NCBI GenBank assembly: GCA_963778555.1
Contig: CAVZUR010000005.1
Span: 97,756-161,755, forward strand
Length of the DNA: 64,000 bases
Reading direction: 5' to 3'
Source of the DNA: Candidatus Moraniibacteriota bacterium
Lineage (GTDB): Bacteria; Patescibacteriota; Minisyncoccia; Moranbacterales; UBA1568
Shown here: piece after piece, positions 58,029 through 64,000 of the stretch
Position numbering within the stretch: position 1 is the stretch's first letter
Layout of the letters: each line of letters opens with the position of its first letter
Made by a program: the position numbers and the translations under genes
The notes under the pieces: model-generated
Database searches by the model: none
Seen by the model: the letters and a program-made list of their open reading frames with translations, nothing else
Told to the model about the DNA's origin: nothing

Positions 58029-59768
58029 ATGAAGAAGAAGCTCGGATACATCTGGCAGCCGATTTGGCAGTATCATCGTGGCATCGCTTTCCTCGCGTTC
58101 GCCTGTTTCACGCTGGAAGCCATCCTCCAATACTCGCAGCCATATCTCATCGCTCGTCTGTTCCATCGCTCTCTGCTTGGAGAGTTTTCCTGGAGTACGC
58201 TCGGGAATGAGAGTTTACTCCTGCTTCTCGTCATTGTTTTAGGGGTCAGTTTGCATACGCTTGCCATCCGCTTCGATATCGATTTCCTGGCGCGTTTCGC
58301 CAAAACACTCATGTTCACGGTGTACCAGAAACTCCTTTATTTCGATATCACGCTCCATGAGAACGAATCGTCCGGGAAGTATCTGGGGAAGACGCGACGG
58401 GCAGTGGACAAGATCACGACGGGCGTGGACCAACTCCTCTATCAGTTCCTACCAGCAACAGTAGAAATCATCTTCGTACATGGAGTTTTCTTGTGGTACT
58501 CGCTCGAGGGTGGCTTATGGTTTTCGCTTAGCCTCGTACTGCTCCTCTCCTTCGCGTTCTTTGTCTGCGTGTATCTGAGCCGTATCTTCACGACGGCTTT
58601 CGAACAAGAAACGAAGATCAGCACATACTTTGTCGAAAGCCTGAGTCTGGTCCGTACCATCCGGTTCTTCTCGAAAGAAGACCACTACCGTGAACGCGGT
58701 GATCAGGAATTTAGCGCCATGGCGGCTATTTGGCAGGAAAAGCTGCCGCGCCTGACGCTTTTGCTCGGCTTGAAAGATATGCTGCTCTGGCTCCAGGGTT
58801 TCGTTTTCGCTGTACTGATTATCTGGCAACATCGGATCGGGGCGTTTCCGGATGAAGCTGGACTCTTCCTCCTCATCCTGGTGCCGCTGTATGTCCGTTC
58901 GCTCGCAAGTTTTTCTCGCCTCGTTGACCGGATGGCAGAGTTCTATGCAGCCTTGTCGCAATATGCCTCGGTACTCGACCAAAAGGAGCAAGTCGTCGAT
59001 CAAACGGTCACGCGGCCATTGCCGGAATCTATTCGAGGAGAGGTTTCTTTCGACCAGGTGACTTTTTCCTATGCGGGGACCGAGAGTAACCAGTATGAGA
59101 ATTTTTCTGTAGCCTTCCTACCGCGGCAAGTGACGGCGTTAGTCGGGGCGTCAGGTTCGGGAAAATCCACACTGGTGAAGCTTTTGTTCCGACTCTACGA
59201 TGTGAATAGCGGCTCCGTGAGACTTGACGGCATCGATATCCGCGAGTTTGCTCAGCGCGAATACCGTAAACTGCTCGCCATCGTTCCCCAGGATGTAGAG
59301 CTTTTCAATGCAAGCATCCGGGACAATATTTTGATGGGGGATTCTTTTACAGATGAGGCAGTCTGGAAGGCACTGCGCTTGGCAGTGCTCGATGATCGTG
59401 TGCACCAAATGCCAGAGGCATTGGATACTGAAGTGGGAGAACGCGGAGTGAAACTTTCGGGCGGCGAAAAACAGCGTCTCGGCATCGCTCGAGCGCTGAT
59501 CCGGAAGCCGAAAATCCTTGTCCTCGATGAGGCCACCTCAAGTCTGGATACGCTTTCGGAACGCCAGGTCAAAGAGGCTATCTACAATCTGGAACATCTT
59601 AATATCACCGTAATTGTCATCGCGCATCGACTTTCGACGATTCGGGATGCAGATGAGATCCTTGTCTTTGAAAACGGAACCATCGTGGAACGAGGGACAC
59701 ATCGGGTGCTCATCGATCAAAAAGGAAAGTACTTCGCGCTCCAAGGAGAGCAGATCATCGACTTGTAG
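58029..59768 (+). CDS. ABC transporter, fused permease/ATP-binding protein (type I exporter, MsbA-like)
   Basis: 6-TM domain plus NBD with Walker A 'GASGSGKST', signature 'LSGGEKQRLGIARAL', Walker B 'ILVLDEATS'. Confidence 0.85.
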   Translation: MKKKLGYIWQPIWQYHRGIAFLAFACFTLEAILQYSQPYLIARLFHRSLLGEFSWSTLGNESLLLLLVIVLGVSLHTLAIRFDIDFLARFAKTLMFTVYQKLLYFDITLHENESSGKYLGKTRRAVDKITTGVDQLLYQFLPATVEIIFVHGVFLWYSLEGGLWFSLSLVLLLSFAFFVCVYLSRIFTTAFEQETKISTYFVESLSLVRTIRFFSKEDHYRERGDQEFSAMAAIWQEKLPRLTLLLGLKDMLLWLQGFVFAVLIIWQHRIGAFPDEAGLFLLILVPLYVRSLASFSRLVDRMAEFYAALSQYASVLDQKEQVVDQTVTRPLPESIRGEVSFDQVTFSYAGTESNQYENFSVAFLPRQVTALVGASGSGKSTLVKLLFRLYDVNSGSVRLDGIDIREFAQREYRKLLAIVPQDVELFNASIRDNILMGDSFTDEAVWKALRLAVLDDRVHQMPEALDTEVGERGVKLSGGEKQRLGIARALIRKPKILVLDEATSSLDTLSERQVKEAIYNLEHLNITVIVIAHRLSTIRDADEILVFENGTIVERGTHRVLIDQKGKYFALQGEQIIDL

Positions 59769-59771
59769 CTT

Positions 59772-61860
59772 TTATTCCAAGTGGATGCGTTCTTCGAACG
59801 TCTGCAGCGCTTGGCGGAGAAGGGGATGGTTCGTGAGCGTTGGATCAGATTGTAAGACAGTGGCGGCTTTCTCGCGTGCAATCTGGATGAGTTTCACATT
59901 GGAGAGGTGCTCCATGGCGATATCCGGCAGACCTGACTGACGGGTGCCGAGAAAGGCGCCCGGACCGCGAAGTTTCAGGTCGATCTCGGCCAATTCGAAG
60001 CCGCTCGTGGTTTTCTCCAGCGCCTGAAGACGTGTACTTTCTGGACTTTTTCCGTCGCTTGGGAAAAGAAAGCAGTAACTCTGATCTACTCCGCGCCCGA
60101 CGCGTCCACGGAATTGATGGAGCTGGGAAAGGCCGAAGCGTTCCGCGCCCTCGATGAGCATGACTGTTGCGTTGGGAATGTCGATGCCAACTTCGACAAC
60201 CGCGGTCGCGACAAGGATGTCGAGTTTCCCAGTTTTGAAAGCCTGCATAACTGCTTCTTTTTCTCTCGTTTTCATCCGTCCATGGAGGAGGCCAATGGAG
60301 CGTTCGGGAAAGACTATTGCCGAGAGGCGCTCATATTCCGCTGTCGCTGCCTTCACATCCTCCAGAGTCTTGCTGACTTCAACGAGCGGAAGGATGACGA
60401 ACGCCTGGTGTCCTTTCCGTACTTCTTGCTCGATGAAGGCGTAGACTTTTCCTCTGGCTGCTTCACTGGCTGCGACGCGGGTGATAATTGCCTTCCGGAA
60501 TTTCGGCATCTCGTCGAGGAGCGACAGATCAAGATTGCCGAAGAGTGTAAGAGCGAGCGTCCGGGGTATCGGCGTGGCCGTCATAGTGAGGAAGTGCGGA
60601 ATAGTCGAATCCGACCCGTCCTCGCTGTCGAATGCTTTCTCTTGGAGTTTGGCACGCTGGGCGACGCCAAAGCGGTGCTGTTCGTCGACGACGATGAGCG
60701 CAAGCGATTGGAAACGGACGGCGTCTTCGAGGATGGCATGCGTGCCGATGATGATATCCGGTATCCCGGCCCCGATTGCCTGGAGAAGCGCCGGCCGGCG
60801 AATCGGTTTTCCGGACAGCGTCGAGAGGCTACCCGTGAGGAGGGCGACATTTTTCCCGAGCGGCGCAAAGAGCCGTTCGAATGTGGCGGCGTGCTGTGTC
60901 GCCAACACTTCTGTCGGTGCGAGCAAAGCCGACTGATAGCCCGTGAGTGCCGTTGCGTACATGGCGGTTGCGGCGACAACGGTTTTGCCGCTTCCGACAT
61001 CGCCGTTCAAGAGCCGGTTCATGGGATGCGTCCCGCGGATGTCGGTGAGGATTTCATCGGTCGCTTTCTGTTGGGCAGTCGTGAGCTCAAAGCCAAGCGC
61101 CCCGAAGAAGTGGTTGCGGTCACTCTCACTGAGAGTAAGCGGATGAGATTGTCCGTTCGTGGCCTTTTGGCGTACCTCGAGACTTTTGAGCTGGAGAAAA
61201 AACATCTCCTCGAACGCAAAACGCTTCTCGGCGAGCAACACTTGTTTCTCGGTCTTGGGGAAATGGAGATAGGCGAGCGCGGTTCGGAGATCGGGGAGAT
61301 GGAGATCGCCGATGATTTCGGCATCAAACGGGTCGGGGATGGCTTTCAATTTTTCAAAAAGCGTCGCAATCTGCCAGCGGAGGAATTTCGAAGTGAGTCC
61401 AGTCGTTTCGGGATAGACGGGGACGAGACGGCCGGTATGCGTCGCGCTGCGTTCGGCGCGCTCGAAAGCGCGGGATCTGCATGACGAGCCCGTCCCGGTC
61501 ACGCGAGACTTTGCCTGAAAGTCGGACGGATTGTCCCTCGCGCAATACAGTCTGAACGAAACGCTGATTGAACCAAATGACGCGCAGCGTCCCAGTCGAA
61601 TCTTCGATGTGCGCCTCAGTCAGGAGCATTTTTCGTTTCCATGTCCGGGTGGCCGAGAGTTTCGTCACCGTCCCCTCGACGGTCACTCGAGCTTCGGGCG
61701 TGAGCGCTGCGATGGGCGTGATGACGGAATAGTCTTCGTAGCGATGCGGAAAGTGATAGAACAAGTCACGAACGGTCTCTACGCCGAGGCGCTTTAGCGC
61801 ATACCAGTGAGTCTTTTTGACGGCGGGGAGGGTATCGAGGCGGGTAGTGAAATCGAGCAT
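59772..61860 (-). CDS. recG: ATP-dependent DNA helicase RecG, frameshifted near ~61450-61500
   Basis: N-terminal wedge domain in ORF 61354-61860. Helicase core 'DVGSGKTVVAATAM', 'TATPIPRTLALT' in ORF 59772-61502. The two ORFs overlap in different frames. Confidence 0.8.
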
Positions 61861-61993
61861 ATTCAGGAGCGTCAGTGGCTCTAGTATAGCGTATGAAAAA
61901 AAGAGACCCCGGAACGCATTGGCGGTCCAGGGTCATGAAGTCTCGGTTGTACAGCCGAGCGGGCAAGAGCGTAAAGAGTGATAGGACTCGGAC

Positions 61994-62434
61994 CTAGGTT
62001 CTGGTCCAGGGGCCGGTGAGCGAAGCAGGCGGCCCGTCAGTCGGCGAGATCGGGAGTTCAGCCAGTCCTTCGGGGGCGAGGTGAATCGCCTTCAGAAGAG
62101 CGAGGAGCTCAGATCGCACCAGCTGATCGTCGCTGCAGTCGCACACAAACCGTAACCGGTAAGGGTCTTCCTGGGCGTTGAAGCGGATGCCGAACTTGAT
62201 TTGTGGTTTTTGCTGCTTATAGTGCAGACCTTGGATGCGGTCATGCGCTCTGAGAATGCCGGCTTCGAATGCCGTGGTGAAGATGACCTCATACCCTTGG
62301 TTATCGGGTAGAGGGGCGATGGATTCAATTTGTCGAACAGTTGTCATGGGTTGCCCTCTCAAGATACGTGGAAGTGTTCTTCTTTCCTCTTGCCTTATTG
62401 TTAAGTAACCCATCCAGCGTACTGAAGAGTTCAC
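61994..62434 (-). CDS. Hypothetical protein
   Basis: 146-aa ORF with protein-like composition. No motif recognised. Confidence 0.3.
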   Translation of the reverse strand: MNSSVRWMGYLTIRQEERRTLPRILRGQPMTTVRQIESIAPLPDNQGYEVIFTTAFEAGILRAHDRIQGLHYKQQKPQIKFGIRFNAQEDPYRLRFVCDCSDDQLVRSELLALLKAIHLAPEGLAELPISPTDGPPASLTGPWTRT

Positions 62435-63033
62435 ACTTTGTCAATAAAAAACCCACCGCAGACACGAGCCGTGTCAGGGTGGGAGTGAATGGGAAGTCAA
62501 TGGGTCATTGGACCCAATGGGAGCCGGCGACGACGAAGGATTCCCCATTGTCTTCGGGGGAGCCAGTCTGTCCCGTCCCAAAAATGGGAAGATCATCGCT
62601 CGGTTCGAAACCGAAGTGCCGGACAACGGCCTTGAAGTCGGTCTGACCGAAGAGGCCTTGTTTGGGGGCGGGCTGGAGCAGGACGATGTCGTCCCGATCT
62701 TGGGGGAATTCAGGTTCGTACACCTGATTGCTGGCGACGATGAATTCGGCCACTCCGCCCATCATGATGCCCTGCTGTCGTCGCGACAGCGGTCCCTTGA
62801 AGTGGATACGGAGCGCCAAGTTTTCTTCGCCCCGACGGTATACGAGCGCCGCTTGGCGCACTGGAGGGAGCAGAGAAGTCATTGGGATCTCCTTTCGCAT
62901 TAAAAGGGGTTTGAGGGAGGTAAAACATCTTCTTTTTTTAACGAGCGACATCACTATAGCCAAAAAAATCCACTCCGTCAAGAGGGATTCTCAAGCTGTG
63001 TACATGGCGGTTGTCTCTAGAGTAGCAAATGTG

Positions 63034-63105
63034 TGCGCTCGGCAGGAATCGAACCTGCATTTCCGCCTTCGGAGGGCGATGTCTTATCCATTATACGACG
63101 AGCGC
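63034..63105 (-). tRNA. tRNA-Arg (anticodon CCG)
   Basis: rc: GCGCTCGTCGTATAATGGATAAGACATCGCCCTCCGAAGGCGGAAATGCAGGTTCGATTCCTGCCGAGCGCA. Anticodon loop CTCCGAA. Confidence 0.65.
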
Positions 63106-63284
63106 TGACGGGATAGAGAGGATCTTCTCCTTATCCCATAGTATTTGTTAAAAGTTGCAACGCGTCCATTATGCAACAATGTTGAAATATGACAGTTATG
63201 AGCCTAGTGCAATTCTGTCTTCTAAACAAATAAAAAATCCAAAACAAAAACTACACCCTACTTCTCGTAATCACAAAGCGAAGT

Positions 63285-63473
63285 TTAGACTGAGGCTGTT
63301 TCGTCAACGAGGAACTTGCGAACTTCCTCCCGCAGCTCCGGAGTGTCCTGATGCCCATGGGAGCCTATAGCGTGCTGGACGGCGGCCTCGAGGACATGCT
63401 CCTCGCTTCCTGACATGTAGACATCGCAGTTCTTCTCACTTGGAAATTTTCGACAATCAGCTACTTTCCGCAT
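63285..63473 (-). CDS. DUF1059-family small metal-binding protein
   Basis: 'MRKVADCRKFPSEKNCDVYMSGSEEHVLEAAVQHAIGSHGH' matches the DUF1059 pattern (M..C...G..C.....G.....E.....HA...HG). Confidence 0.6.
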   Translation of the reverse strand: MRKVADCRKFPSEKNCDVYMSGSEEHVLEAAVQHAIGSHGHQDTPELREEVRKFLVDETASV

Positions 63474-63656
63474 AGTTATAATGCCGGCCTTTTATAAGTG
63501 GATTATATCGACCTATGACTAAATTATACACCTGTTTTAAAAGAAAGACGCAGGGCATGTCCTTCGAAAGGCTCCAGCATGTCTTGTGCGCGATCGACAA
63601 GCACTTTCTAATAGAGGGGGACCTTTTCTTTGCCACCCTGTTGTGACTGTACCAAA

Positions 63657-63729
63657 TGTGCGCTCGGCAGGAATCGAACCTGCGACCCTCTGGACCGCAA
63701 CCAGATGCTCTATCCACTGAGCTACGAGC
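63657..63729 (-). tRNA. tRNA-Arg (anticodon reads GCG; atypical for bacteria, possibly equivalent to ACG/ICG decoder)
   Basis: rc: GCGCTCGTAGCTCAGTGGATAGAGCATCTGGTTGCGGTCCAGAGGGTCGCAGGTTCGATTCCTGCCGAGCGCA. Anticodon stem TCTGG/CCAGA, loop TTGCGGT. Confidence 0.65.
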
Positions 63730-64000
63730 GCGTTTGAGAATTGATGCTTGCAATTCCTAACCTACAGCATTGGCCTGGATATTCCAAATGAAAAACCCTC
63801 GAATGAGAGTCTTCTCCTGTGTATTGGTATTGAAGCGAACTAAATATGTAGCATTTTCTCCAACGTGTCAATCACGGTCGGATGGTGCTTTTCCTCAGGA
63901 ACGTAGGCCAGCAGCACGTCGCGCAGCCTTGCTTCGGGGAGGTCGCCGAGCGGAATGTGAATGAAGGGCGAAAGAATGCCGTTCGAATGGAGACTGAGGA

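Noticed and set aside
62505-62981. Overlapping candidate ORFs on both strands (158 aa minus strand, 131 aa plus strand)
   Set aside because: Neither shows a recognisable motif. Either could be the coding strand, so this is not reported as a confident feature.

Overview
This 64-kb window looks like a chromosomal segment from an uncultivated, small-genome bacterium, possibly CPR/Patescibacteria-like, though that placement is uncertain. GC is moderate and coding density is high. Housekeeping genes include nusA, ppa, tig-clpP, valS, tsaD and recG, together with six tRNAs (Arg-TCT, His, Lys-CTT, Glu, and two Arg).

Four accessory regions stand out:
- 1-5.6 kb: a giant Thr/Gly-rich repetitive surface protein with a peptidase-S74 (phage tail-fibre intramolecular chaperone) domain. 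Its 5' 1.6 kb is a frameshift-ridden repeat copy.
- 6.0-14.5 kb: a TOMM-like (azoline/azole RiPP) locus. It holds two mosaic YcaO cyclodehydratase paralogues in inverted orientation, a SagB-type dehydrogenase, a secreted protein, and a small Cys/Gly/Ser-rich secreted protein whose core is split by a complete mini-intein (Hint) domain. A PaaX-like regulator flanked by two 36-bp palindromes lies nearby.
- 15.9-26.2 kb: a teichoic-acid-like glycopolymer locus with an SDR, a TarI/IspD-type cytidylyltransferase, two TagF-like phosphotransferases, tandem mosaic GT2 glycosyltransferases, a CapK/PaaK-like ligase and a second SDR.
- 32.9-38.2 kb: a tandem array of seven genes (eight modules) for small secreted proteins built as signal peptide plus two hydrophobic helices around a conserved 'Y(L/M)TAAGD(E)...AK' loop, a VirB2/TrbC-pilin-like topology. 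Two of them carry long Cys/Pro-rich ectodomains. The array is preceded by an O-antigen-ligase-like/TPR membrane protein.

Frameshifts appear in the repeat-rich genes and also in bgl and recG. Sequencing or assembly error is therefore a live alternative to pseudogenisation.
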